Shown here: piece by piece, positions 25,430-37,900 of the stretch
How positions within the stretch are numbered: position 1 is the stretch's first letter
Layout of the letters: each line of letters opens with the position of its first letter
Program-made: the position numbers and the translations under genes
Notes under the pieces: model-generated
Database searches by the model: none
What the model saw: only the letters and a program-made list of their open reading frames with translations
Told to the model about the DNA's origin: nothing
Assembly (NCBI RefSeq): GCF_026210795.1
Contig: NC_089429.1
Coordinates: 4,030,001-4,094,000, forward strand
Direction: 5' to 3'
Origin: Rhizophagus irregularis
Taxonomy: Eukaryota
Length of the DNA stretch: 64,000 nt

Positions 25430-27380
25430 ATTTCAGCGAAACGTTACTAACGTTTTGATTTTCTTTTTTTTTAGATTTTGGCACTCCAGTTTCCGTATTT
25501 CTGGATGGAATTTCGAAGGTACCTCTTCGAAATTCTGCATTTATTTTTTCTTTTTTATTTGAACGAAACGTTACTAACGTTTCGATTTTCTTTTTTTTTA
25601 GGTTTTGGCTCTTCGGTTTCCATATGACTGGATGGAATTTCGAAGGTACCTCTTCGAAATTCCGCATTTTTTTTTCTTTTTTTATTTGAACGAAACGTTA
25701 CTAACGTTTTAATTTTCTTTTTTTTAGGTTTTGGCTCTTCGGTTTCCGTATGACTGGATGGAATTTCGAAGGTACCTCTTCGAAATTCCGCATTTTTTTT
25801 TCTTTTTTTATTTGAACGAAATGTTACTAACGTTTCGATTTTCTTTTTTTTAGGTTTTCAGCTCTTCGGTTTCCGTATGACTGGACGGAATTTCGAGGTA
25901 CCTCTTCGAAATTCCACATTTTTTTTTCTTTTTTTATTTGAACGAAACGTTACTAACGTTTCGATTTTCTTTTTTTTTAGGTTTTCAGCTTTTCGGTTTC
26001 CGTATGACTGGATGGAATTTCGAAGGTACCTTTTCGAAATTTCGCATTTTTTTTTCTTTTTTTATTTGAACGAAACGTTGACTAACGTTTCATTATTTTA
26101 TTTTTTTTTAGGTTTTGCTCTCCGGTTTCCATATGTCTGGACGGAATTTCGAGATACCTCTTCGAAATTCCGCATTTTCTTTTTTTATTTGAACGAAACG
26201 TTACTAACGTTTCGATTTTCTTTTTTTTAGGTTTTCGGCTCTTCGGTTTCCGTATGTCTGGATGGAATTTCAAAGGTACCTCTTCGAAATTTCGATTTTT
26301 TATTCTTTTTTTATTTGAACGAAACGTTGACTAACGTTTCGGTTTTTTTTTTTTTAGATTTTTGGCTTCCCAGGCGGCATTTCGAAGGTGAAACTTCGAA
26401 AAAAAAATTTTTTTTTTATTTTATTTTAACAAACGTTAACTAACGTTCGTTCTTAATTTTGTAGGTCCAGAACACCAAAGTGCGGGGCTCCGATTTGGCC
26501 AAATCTACAGGTAAAGTTTCGTATTTTCGAAACTTAATAAAAAAACGTTAATTTTATCGTTTTTTATATTTTTTTATAGGAAATTGGCTCTGAATTGGCC
26601 AATCCTATAGGTAAAGTTTTGAAGTTTCTTCCTTCGAAACTTTCATAAAAAACAGTTATTTTTAACGTTTTTTATATTTTTTATAGGAAATCGGCTCTGA
26701 TTTGGCCAATCCTATAGGTAAAGTTTCGTATTTTCGAAACTTAATAAAAAAACGTTTATTTTAACGTTATTTAATTATTTTTTATTTTTTTTTTGTAGGG
26801 AAATCGGCTTCAATTTGGATACCGGAATCCCGCAAGTAAAGTTTCGATTTTTGAAACTTTTTGACGAAACTTAATAAAAACATTAACGTTTTTTTATTAT
26901 ATTTCATTGATTTTTTTTTGCAGGGAAATCGGCTCCAATTTGGATACCGGAATCCCGCAAGTAAAGTTTCGATTTTTGAAACTTTTTGACGAAACTTAAT
27001 AAAAACATTAACGTTTTTTTATTATATTTCATTGATTTTTTTTTGCAGGGAAATCGGCTCCAATTTGGATACCGGAATCCCGCAAGTAAAGTTTCGATTT
27101 TTGAAACTTTTTGATGAAACTTAATAAAAACATTAATTATATTTCATTGATTTTTTTTGCAGGGAAACCGGCTCCAATTTGGATACCAAAATCCCGCAAG
27201 TAAAGTTTCTATTTTTGAAACTTTTTGACGAAACTTAATAAAAAACGTTTAATTTAACGTTTTTTTATTATTTTTATTATTTTTTTTGTAGGGAAATCGG
27301 CTCCAATTTGCCATCCTACAGGTAACGTTTTGATTTTCTGGGAATTAAGGAATTTAACATATACCGGAATCCCAGGTTAG
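25430..27380 (+). repeat. Tandem arrays of micro-exon/mini-intron units (~125-bp period)
   Basis: Repeated ...gaag|gtacct...gaaacgttactaacgtttc...ttttag|g units, then ...cgcaa|gtaaag...tttgcag|g units. Confidence 0.8.
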
Positions 27381-28619
27381 TTTCGAAATAAAAAATTCAA
27401 AACTTTTATAAAAAAGTATTTTATTATTTACGCAATTAAACATTATTAACGTTATTCTGGGGTCTTTTAAACGCATGGAAATTCAGTAAGGTGATTTTAA
27501 ACAGCTACTTCACCTTTCAAGTTTTCAGGCAACTGGAATATTGATTTTTGGGCGAAATTGTTTTATATGTATATGTAATATTTTAAATTTCAGAATAAAA
27601 TTTACTGTAATTTGCGATACAATTCAGAATAAAATTTACTGCAATTCAGATGCAATTCAGAATAAAATTAACTGCAATTCAGACGCAATTCAGAATAAAA
27701 TTTACCACAATTCAGATTAAAATTTACTGTAATTCAGATTAAAATTTACCGCAATTCAGAATAGAAAATTTACTGCAATTCAGAATAGAAAATTTACTGT
27801 AATTCAGATTAAAATTTACCGCAATTCAGAATAAAATTTACCGCAATTCAGAATAAATTTACCGCAGTTCAGAATAGAAAATTTACCACAATTCAGAATA
27901 GAAAATTTACTGTAATTCAGATTAAAATTTACCGCAATTCAGATTAAAATTTACTGCAATTCAGATTAAAATTTATCACAATTTATCAAAATTTATCATA
28001 ATTCAGAATAAATTCACTTGCAATTTGGTAAATTTATGAATATATTTTTTAAACAATTCAAATTAAAAATACTAAGCAATCCAGATACAATTCGGATATT
28101 CTGATCGGCGTCGATCGGCCTGCCAATCGGAACTTTTTTTGGATTGATAATTCGGCCATCTTTATCACCAAATTCAGCCTAAAATCGGACATCCGATTTC
28201 TAGTTGATTTGGACTATTTCGACCAGTGACTGGATTTACAAATTCAAATTTTGGACAATTATTTTTAAATTGGTATGTTACAGAAGATAAATATTCAACT
28301 GAAGCAACTGAACAAGTTCAAGACGATGATGATGATACAACAAGTAAGTATTTTATTGCATATAGTAGTACATGTTTGATATTTATATTTACTAATCTTT
28401 TAATTTAGTTATATCTCCAGTAAACTTTATTTCCAATATTTCATTAAAAAAAAGAATGTCAAAGCAGGAACGTGATAAACTTCTTTTAACTTTACATAAT
28501 TTTAAAACTGAATTGTTTTTATCTTATGTGAATATGAAGTTTGAGGCGGCACTTATAAACTCTTCAATTAATTGGTACAAATTTGCATCATATATGATTG
28601 AAGAAGAAAATGGTATCTT

Positions 28620-28863
28620 TAAGGTTGCTTGTCTAAACCTCTTCAAAATCCTACGATTAGTTTCGTCAAAATTTTACTATAGATTTATTATAGTTTCGGC
28701 AGAGTTTCAGCAGTTTCGGCATTTATAATAAGTTTCAGCAGTTTCGCCTTTCTCCAAAGTTTCGCCAGTTTTTTAATATAACTTTAATATAGTTTCAGCA
28801 GAATTTCGCTTTTCGGCGAAACGCCATCTTGCATAAACCCCTAGGTTTTGGCAAGCAACCTTA
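28620..28863 (+). mobile_element. hAT-type MITE (TAAGGTTGCTTG family), copy 2, inside a transposase exon
   Basis: Same sequence as 9648-9890; TSD ggtatctt/ggtatcct. Confidence 0.9.
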
Positions 28864-30519
28864 GGTATCCTTTCAAAAGTTCACCTACATCTTGATGATT
28901 TTATCACAATTTATGAAGAAGATCATGAAGAATCTTATGCAATAATCAAAGGTATCTTTCAATATAAGGGTAATAATAACAAATATTATGCATTTATTGT
29001 TGTAGATTGGTTTGAAGATACTATGGTTGAACATTCAGTATTAAAATGTCCACTTTACCATCTTCAAGCAACAGGAGATAAATGGAGACGTATTTTTCCA
29101 ATTACTGTAATAGATAATGTTCAAAAAGTACACTTTATTCATAATTGTAATTCAGAAAGGTGCCAACTACCAAATCATGATACTACAAATAGAATTTGGA
29201 TAAAAAATAATTTTTATTTTACAGCCATATAATTATATTAATTATATAAATATAATAAAATAATTATTTTAATTTGTATCGTATAAAATTTTGGTTAAAA
29301 TTAACCAATAAAATCATATGCATGATGTAATAATAATTTAAAATTAACCAATTAAAATCACTTTAATTACATGCATGTGATATCTAAAAATAGCTAAAAT
29401 TCGCGTTTATTAATGAGATTTTTTTGTTTATTTTCAAAAATACGCTTTTCTCTTGTCTCTTATATTCGATATTTTAGTTCGTCTCTTCTTTTCTCTTTTT
29501 AAAGTATACTTTAATTATCTCTTTACAATATTAACAATACTTTATTAGTTTATATATTCAACATAGTAAGACATTCACATACGAAAAGCAAGAATAAAAG
29601 CAAGAATAAAGAAAAGAAAATGTACCCGCCACTCATATACGAAAGAAAAGAATAAAAGAAAGGAAAAATGTACCCACTACCCACATACAAAAGAGAGAAA
29701 AGCCGCTTTTAAATAAATAGTGGAGCTGTTAAGCAAGGTATGAAAATAGGATATACGCGTATTTTTCATATTTTTTTTACAATATGTTGTGGTTTGAGTC
29801 TTTCTTTGTTAGACTGTGGTATAAATGTGAATATATTTTTCAACAGCCATGTATCTATTGCTTGTTAAATATATTTGCAATTTTTTGTCTTTCTTTGTTA
29901 AACTGTGGTATTACAATATGAAGTGTGAATATATTTTTCAACGGCCATGTATCTATTGCTTGTTAAATATATTTGCAATTTCTTTTGTAATATTTGCTTT
30001 AGCCTGGAGGAAAATGTTATAAAATAGGGCTGGATATTTTATGACATTTTCTGCCTTCCAATTACTTTGTCCGGAGATAGCCTGACAATTTGTCGTTGTC
30101 CGTCAGTCGTAGCAACCAGCATTTTTTTACAATATTATGATTTTAAGAAACAAAACACTTTCAAAAAAATTTAAAGAAAGAACTAACTTAAAAATATTAT
30201 CATTTTTATTATTCTTTACAAAATCCCAGAATTACCTGCTCTAACTATTATCCCAAGGTTATGTATTAAATTTTAAATATATTTTACAAAGAGTACATTT
30301 TATTAATCATGATTGTTTTATATATATATATATATATATATTTTTTAAAATTGAAAATGATGTATCCATCCACTTACATACGAAAGAAAAGAATAAAAAA
30401 GAGAAGAAAAGAATAAAAAAAAAGGAAGAAAAGAAACGTACTCCACTCACCCATAATAATCCACTAATAAAAAATTATTATTATTAATGTATAATAAATA
30501 AATGTAAAACATTTTTTGT

Positions 30520-31000
30520 AATATTAATTCGATATTAATATGATATTATTATGATGTAATTAATAAAATGTCAAATATTTTGTAATATTAATTCAATGTT
30601 AATACGACATCACTACGATGTGATTACGATATCAAATAAAATGTCAAATATTTTGTAATATTAATTCAATATTAATACGACATCACTACGATGTGGTTAC
30701 GATATCAAATAGATGTAAAATATTTTTGCAATATTAATTCGATGTTAATATGATATCACTACGATGTGATTATGATATCAAATAAAATGTCAAATATTTT
30801 GTAATATTAATTCAATATTAATATGACATCACTACGATGTGGTTACGATATCAAATAGATAAAATATTTTTGAATATTAATTCGATGTTAATATGATATC
30901 AATACGATGTGATTACGATATCAAATAAAATGTCAAATATTTTGTAATATTAATTCAATGTTAATATGACATCACTACGATGTGATTACGTGATAATATT
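30520..31000. repeat. Subterminal tandem repeats (~60/120-bp period)
   Basis: Repeated gtaatattaattcaat...gacatcactacgatgtg...gatatcaaat. Confidence 0.85.
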
Positions 31001-31370
31001 TACATCGCATAATGATTGCTGCGATATCGCAGAGATATCAAACTAATCAATGTCAAATAAATATAGTTACGACTAACTTAATGACGTCGAATCTATTTTT
31101 TATCAAAATATCGTAATGATATCGTAATGATATCATTGCAATATCTAATCAATATTGATTGTAAACTCCAAGTTTCAGCAAAGTTAAGTATTTTAATTAT
31201 ACTAATTTCTAATGCAAAATTAATACATAATATTATTATTCAATTAGCAATAAAAAAATAATGCTTATCAAATACAAGTTGCATTGAAACTTATTTAATA
31301 AGCGCTTAAATTAAATATTCTTAAAGCATTTAATAAACAGTTGGTAAATGCTTGGTTTAACTTCGTGATC

Positions 31371-31790
31371 AATTATAAAGTGATATTTTTACGATATCAT
31401 ATTGATATTGAATTAATGTTGGAACGATATCATATTAATATCGTATTTACTTTCTATTTTTCATTATTGTTATAACAATATCAAAATATCGAAATGATAT
31501 CGATTTGATGTTTCGTCAATATCGTTATGATGTCGATTAGATAATTATAAAGTGATATTTTTACGATATCATATTGATATTGAATTAATGTTGGAACGAT
31601 ATCATATTAATATCGTATTTACTTTCTATTTTTCATTATTGTTATAACAATATCGAAATATCGAAATGATATCGATTTGATGTTTCGTCAATATCGTTAT
31701 GATGTCGATTAAATAATTATAAAGTGATATCTTTACGATATCATATTGATATTGAATTAATGTTGGAACGATATCATATTAATATCATAT
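31371..31790. repeat. Continuation of the GATATC array interrupted at 7338
   Basis: Same unit and orientation as 6880-7338 (units here carry a short extra duplication). Confidence 0.85.
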
Positions 31791-32316
31791 TTACATTCAT
31801 AGGACCTGTGAGTAATGCTAGAAATATAGCCACTAATTCTGAACGTGTAGATGAAGGCCATAGTGATACATTTGCTTGGGCTGACAAAGCAGGTTCATTA
31901 TTAACACAAAACGCCGCACCCATGTCTGTGTACACTAAATTAAGATCTTGTTTACCCATTGTTGTAGGGGTGCTTGGCTTGAGAGAACCATCTGTATAAT
32001 ATTCTACCATTGTTCTCTCTGCTAGTATATTTCTAATATTCATTAGTTGCGTTTTCAAGTTATCATCATCTATCCATCTGTGAATCCATATGTCTTGGAC
32101 CATCGGTAGGCTAATTATGGGATTTGGAGCTGATGTTGATAACCTGTCATCAGGTATCGAGACATTAAATTGATGGGTTGATGACAGCCATTCACTAGGA
32201 AAACTCCAGCCGCACATATTAGATTCTTTATTTAATATTGCCACTTTACAGCAGTGAGCTGGTATGGATCGTCCCATGTCCTGCCAACCAAATGTTCTAT
32301 TATCATTATATCCCGG

Positions 32317-33414
32317 TGTAAACGGTCAAATATCAAGCACGAAAAGATGATAAAATTCAACCACCAAATGTAATTATTAAATATTAAGAACGAACAAATT
32401 AATCGTGGATTGGCGAAGATGGATAAATAATTAGCCGAAAAGGATAAACATTTAGGAAGAGTAATGATCTACATGATGTAATATTTATTGAATGATTGAC
32501 AAGGAACCAATAGGATAAATAGAGTCGATCAATTGCGGCTTAGCAATCTTTAACAATAAGAACGATAAGAAAGAATAATTATAAGCCACAAAAGATAGAT
32601 TATAAGCAAAACACATAAAGCGAATTAAAAGAACATATAAAATAATGTCAGAAAGATTAAAGAACACAAAATAATGTAAAAGATAATATAAAAAGATAGT
32701 ATAAAGATGGAACGTAAAAGATAATATATTAAAAAGAACATATATAAAAAGATAGCATATTAAAAGATAGCATATTAAAAGATAGCGTATTTAAAATATA
32801 GATAGTATATTAGAAAGATAGTTCAAAGATAATATGTAAAAAGAACATAAAAGATAGTATATAGATAGAATAGAAAGTAGCATAAAAATTGTATATATAG
32901 AGAGCGGAATTCAAGGTAATTCCTTAGTTCTCATCCACAGAACTCAATAAAAATATAAGTTTTATTTTTTTAATTATTTGTTAGTAAAGTTTAATGTTAA
33001 TTAAAGGTAATAGGTTCGCCCTAAACTTTAATTAATGTTTGCTTAATTAATTTTAATTGAATAAATGGAAATTTTAAGGTGAATTAAATATATGTTTTTG
33101 AAAAGTAATAATTCGTAGCGAGAGCTATCGAAGTTTGAAATTAAAGGTAAAAGTGGATATAATTTGGGGAAAATTTAGAGAAGTTAATTTTATTTTATAT
33201 CGTTCAACGTTTTATATTACTAACGCTATTTATGTCGTGAACCAAGAATGTTGTTGTTATATGTTGTTGTATGTTGTTTGTTAATTATATCGTTGACTAT
33301 TTGCTTGTTCGTTTAATTGTTCGTTCGTTCGTTCATTCGTTCGTTTGACCATGAGAATGCCCGTTCGATGTGGCAACTCTGTAAATTGATGACAGAGGGA
33401 ATTGGGGGATCTCA
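32317..33414 (+). repeat. 5' LTR
   Basis: tgtaaacggtc...gggggatctca; direct repeat of 42575-43672. Confidence 0.97.
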
Positions 33415-33416
33415 TA

Positions 33417-33427
33417 TGGTGCATGCT
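33417..33427 (+). promoter_or_regulatory. Primer-binding site, possibly tRNA-Gly
   Basis: TGGTGCATG 2 nt after the LTR; complementary to a tRNA ending ...ATGCACCA, as in many eukaryotic tRNA-Gly. Confidence 0.55.
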
Positions 33428-34938
33428 CGCAAGAAAGGAAATGATCATCATCACATGATTATTATTATAATGAATATGAAAATTTAATTTCGTTAGTAAG
33501 TCACTGATAGGTATTATTAATCAATATTTTATTTTTAGAATTTATTTTTAGATTTCAGGTTTTTGACGAGTTCAAAAGGAACCAATAAGTCAACAAGGAT
33601 TTAATCGAGTTAAAAACTTGGAAAGGTGAAAGATTGGAGTTTGTTGTTGTGCAAGTAATCATTTAATCGATAGAAAGCACAAGAATATTTCTTTCGGGAA
33701 TAAAGTACCTGAGAAATTTCATAAGGAGATGTGGAAGCGAAAGATGAATTTTGAAATAAAGATTAATAATGGGAGAACACCAATGTATTATCTGGGATTC
33801 ATCTGTGTGGTATGGGTTACCTCTGAGTTTGAATTTTGGATAAATGCTCGAGATTGGAAAATTTTTATTCTTCGACATTAAAGATTATAACGTATGGGTT
33901 ACGTCAAATCTGGATACCCAGCTCAATAATGCGCAAATTGCTTTGGGGACGGGGAACGAAAATTGTAAAGACACCTACTATCAAGAAACATTGAATGGAT
34001 AAAATGGGACAAACCTGTAAACTATCATGCTTTTACCCAATGGGAAAAAGATAGAGATAAGCCCAGTATAGGTCCACCAATTTGAGGAAAGATAAGTTGG
34101 TTTAGATGAGTTTTATGGATAGCTGATGACTTTTGAAACTGGATTTTGGAAGGTTAGATTCACCCGTTAAGAGACGAGTCGGCCAACGAAGGAGGAAAGA
34201 CAGATGCGTTGTATTGTTACAGGTCCTAGGCTACATTTCAGATGAGGGTTCCTGGTGTAGTGTGCTAGGTCACGCTTTCATTACAATGTTCTGTTAAAAG
34301 AAGATAAAGTAGAAGGATATTTACACATTAACGAGCTGTATAATGAATATTATGTGCAGTATTTAATAATAGAGTAAAATCCGAAAAGAAGGACATTTAT
34401 TAAAAAGAAGAACATTTATTTGAAAAAGAATATTTATTTGAAAAAGAACATTTATTTGAAAAGAAGGACATTTATCTGAAAAGAACGACATTTTGTGCGT
34501 TATAGATTAATTTATATAATATAGAATATATAGAGCAAGAAGGATTTATGTGGATGATAAGAAAGATGTGATATGTGATATGTGAAATTATGAATCACGG
34601 TGATAGGAGATAAATTTTAGAATGTGAAATTATGGATATCGGTGATAAAAGATAAATTTTATGGCGCAGTAAAAACCTCCGCAGTCTGAGGAGATCGTGG
34701 ACTTAGAATAATTTTTGAAATTTTGAGGCGCAGTAAAATTAATAGTAAAACATGGCGTAGTAAATATATAAAATTGAAAGATGGAGTTTAAAGATTGAAA
34801 GAAGTAATCTATTTAAAGATAAAAGAATGTTTAGAAGATCAAAAATAGAAATGATAAGAGTGAAATATATATATATAAAGAGAGGAATCCGATTGAGATT
34901 CTGGATGGATATTCATAGCAATTTAACTAAAGCATACA

Positions 34939-37900
34939 ATGGAATGGTACCATCAATGGGAAAGTGAATATAGAACACATAAGGAGGAACACGAACTAGG
35001 AACAGAAGAATTGGACGAATGTTTAAATTGTGAATTGTGTCATCCGATAGTAAATGAACCAATAGTGTTCAAGAAATTTTGGGACGCATTATTTAAATTT
35101 GAAGATGCAATAATAATATATAATGATGTAACAATTAAAGGATTATTAGATTTATTAAGTATGGATAATTCAGAAAGAGAAGATACAATACATAAGGGGA
35201 AATGTAGAGACATAATGGATAGAATAACAGAATCAATAAGATATAGGATACAGCCGAAAATAAAAGAGAAGGGATTACGAACAATCATATTAGTGATTGT
35301 GAGGGATTGTATTGAAAGAAATCTGGGAAATGAAGTATTTGATAGATTGATTGGAAATCCTGAATTGATAGAACACAAATATATTTTAGAAGATTGGGAT
35401 GTTGAAAGAAAGTTTGGGAAATTTTGGCAATGGTACAGAATCACATCGAAAGAAATTGGACCATTACGAGTAAAGATGGGAGCAATGAAGACATTTAGGG
35501 AATTACTATATGAAGAAGAAGGAATAGCTACGAACGAGGAGAAAGTAAAGGAATTAATGTCCAATATGGAATACGAGAACATAAATATAGAAAATGTTCA
35601 CGAATATCACAGGAATATGGTACAAAAGATAATAAGAATATTTATAGATACTAGGGGCTTTACAAAAGAACCAGAAGATTCAGAAAGTGAAGATAGTCCA
35701 GCAAGTTATGAATTAGAAAATAGTTCTGAGGAAGAATTAGAGATAATAATAGGGGACAAATCATGGAAATTTAGTGAATTAAAAAGAAGGACAAGCTCTA
35801 TAGACGAAGATCAATTGAGATACATTTGGAAGATAGGAATAAAGTTGATGATAGAAATGGATATATTGGTAACGAAAACATTTATAGATAAAGTTCAGGA
35901 GATAGAGGAAATCGACGAAAGGGAAAAAGAATTGAAGATAAGAGAATGGTTAGAAAAAGAAACAGTAATATGTAAAAGATGCGGTAATAGAAGGTTCGAA
36001 ATGGACAAAACAGATAATGAATGTGGGGAATGTATTAAAGAAATGCAGAAAGATGAACAAGATGAGTTAGCAGAATTAAAAGATGAGATAGAAAAGTTAG
36101 GATATGAAATAGATGTATCAGAAATTCAAAGAATGAAGAGTTTTGGGGTAAATAATCGAATATTAATAACAGAAGAATTTATAATGGAATATATGGGAAT
36201 AATAGAATTGGAAGATAAAGAATTAAGAAGAGAAATTCATAAGTGGTTAAATGAGAATACAACTTGGTGCGAAAGGTGCGAAATAAGATGGATGAATAAT
36301 ATGTTTAGATTTGGAGGAACTGTATGCAAAGATTGTGAAGAAGAAGATGTTGATGAAATTGATGATCGGGTAAAAAGATTGCAGAAGATTTTTGAAGATA
36401 TCGAAACAATAGTAACTGAAGAAGAATTGTTAAGATTAACCAGTATGGGATATACAAATGGAGAAATTTTAGATAAAGAATTCATTGAGATCTTTCAAGA
36501 AAACAAGAATGAGTCAGAAAAAGAATTGAAGAAAAAGTTAGATAAGTTATTGAAAGAACAAGCAGGAATAATAGATAGTGAAGAAAGTGGTGAAAAGAGT
36601 GATAATGAAGAATCAGAAGAAGATAATACAGATGATTCAGAAAAAACTGGAGAAATATTAAGTCCAGATGAAATATGGAATGAAAATATCGAAAATTTTA
36701 ATGAAGAAGAGTTCGAAGATGAAATTGAAAATGTTATAAATAGAGGAGGTATTGACTTAAGTCAAAACTCAGATACGAATAGTTCATTAAATATTAAGAA
36801 TTCGGACAACGAAAGTGAATTATCTGATTACAATTTACAAGATTTATTTCAAGAAAATATGGCAACCGAGAATCAAGTAAAGAGATTAATAGAGAACGCT
36901 TTAGGTTATCCAGCTAATACTTTGAATGCAGCAGTAGGAGCAGGAGCGAGTTTGATAGATAGAATTGAAAATGCAGGGAATGAAGCAGGAGGAATGGTTA
37001 GTGTACCACTCTTTTATGGAAAAGAAGACGAAAATGTTAACGATTGGGTTAGACAATTTGAGGTAGCATTTACAGCAGTCGGAAAAGCAGCAGGAGCTAA
37101 TGGTGTAAGACAAGCGGCATACGCAGCAGCACATTTAAGAGGGGCAGCATCACAATGGTATAATGAAATGAAAGAAGTAAATGCAGGTAACTTAGTGAAT
37201 TGGGCGGATGCAGATAATGATAATGATTTAAAGCATAGAATAAAAAGAAGATTTACTAGAGAGGATGTCAGAAGAAAGAAAATGCAAGAATTAAGAAAAA
37301 TTCGACAAGGAAAAAATGAAAATGTTGAGGAATACACAGGAAGATTTAGACAAATATTAAGGATAGCAACTAGAGGACATGCCTTAGCAGATGATTGTCA
37401 AGTAGATTATTATATTGATGGATTGGAACCAGCAATAGGGTTTCAAATTAGAAGACAGAATCCGGAGAACTTAAATGGGGCAATAGAAATGGCAGAAAGA
37501 GAAGAAAGTGCAAGGGACGAATTTTATAGGAAAATAATAGGTTTACCAGTTAGTACAAAGATAGACATCGGAAGAGATGATAATAGACAAAATATGTTCA
37601 CAAAACCATTGAACGAAAATTATGAGGACGAATTAGTCAAAGCGTTTGAGGAAAAGGCAAGAATTAGTAAATTAGAAGGACTGGTATCAAATATAGAGAG
37701 AAGATTAAATAACGATAATAATAGGTATCGATCAAATATGGGAAGGAGATTAAATGATGGTAATAGGAATAGTTATCAATCAAATCAAAAAAGGGTACCG
37801 ACATGCTATACATGTGGTAGAATTGGTCATTATTCAAGAGAGTGTCTGGGGAAAAGAAGGAATGCAAGAGTAAATATGATGGACGAATACGATGACCAAG

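Larger units (their letters stand above)
22130..28228. mobile_element. Non-autonomous CACTA (CACTG) element, 6.1 kb
   Basis: TIR cactggtcgaaat/atttcgaccagtg; 3-bp TSD ACT; subterminal arrays (~180-bp units at 22240-23400, ~21-bp units at 27590-28020). Confidence 0.93.
19317..29232 (+). pseudogene. CMC (CACTA/EnSpm/Plavaka-like) DDE transposase, multi-exon, interrupted by two insertions
   Basis: Acidic N-terminus; EFWHGNLWGESPLFG, LYYDDFG, ADLPQGN, GCRTC (C2C), QDVYH, HVNMH (H3H), KEMVHR. Frame FNRSRT|GFTNSN is rejoined on removing 22130-28228. Premature TGA and frameshifts. Confidence 0.85.
11698..31183. mobile_element. Large CMC/CACTA (Plavaka-like) DNA transposon with transposase, Myb gene and accessory gene
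   Basis: Imperfect TIR ctttacagaaacctt / aagtttcagcaaag with TT on both sides; GATATC-rich subterminal arrays at 11750-12660 and 30520-31150; encloses a CMC transposase. Confidence 0.55.
7339..31370. mobile_element. Non-autonomous CMC/CACTA-like element with CATCACGAAGTT termini (~4.5 kb own sequence, enlarged by nested insertions)
   Basis: catcacgaagtt at 7339 and aacttcgtgatc at 31359-31370. It splits a 164-bp repeat unit (gattagataa|...|aattataaag) with an apparent AA duplication. Subterminal aaatgctt/aagcattt motifs at both ends. Confidence 0.65.

Noticed and set aside
22240..28020. Regularly spaced repeats resembling CRISPR arrays
   Set aside because: No unique spacers or cas genes; eukaryotic context; these are transposon subterminal or internal tandem repeats.
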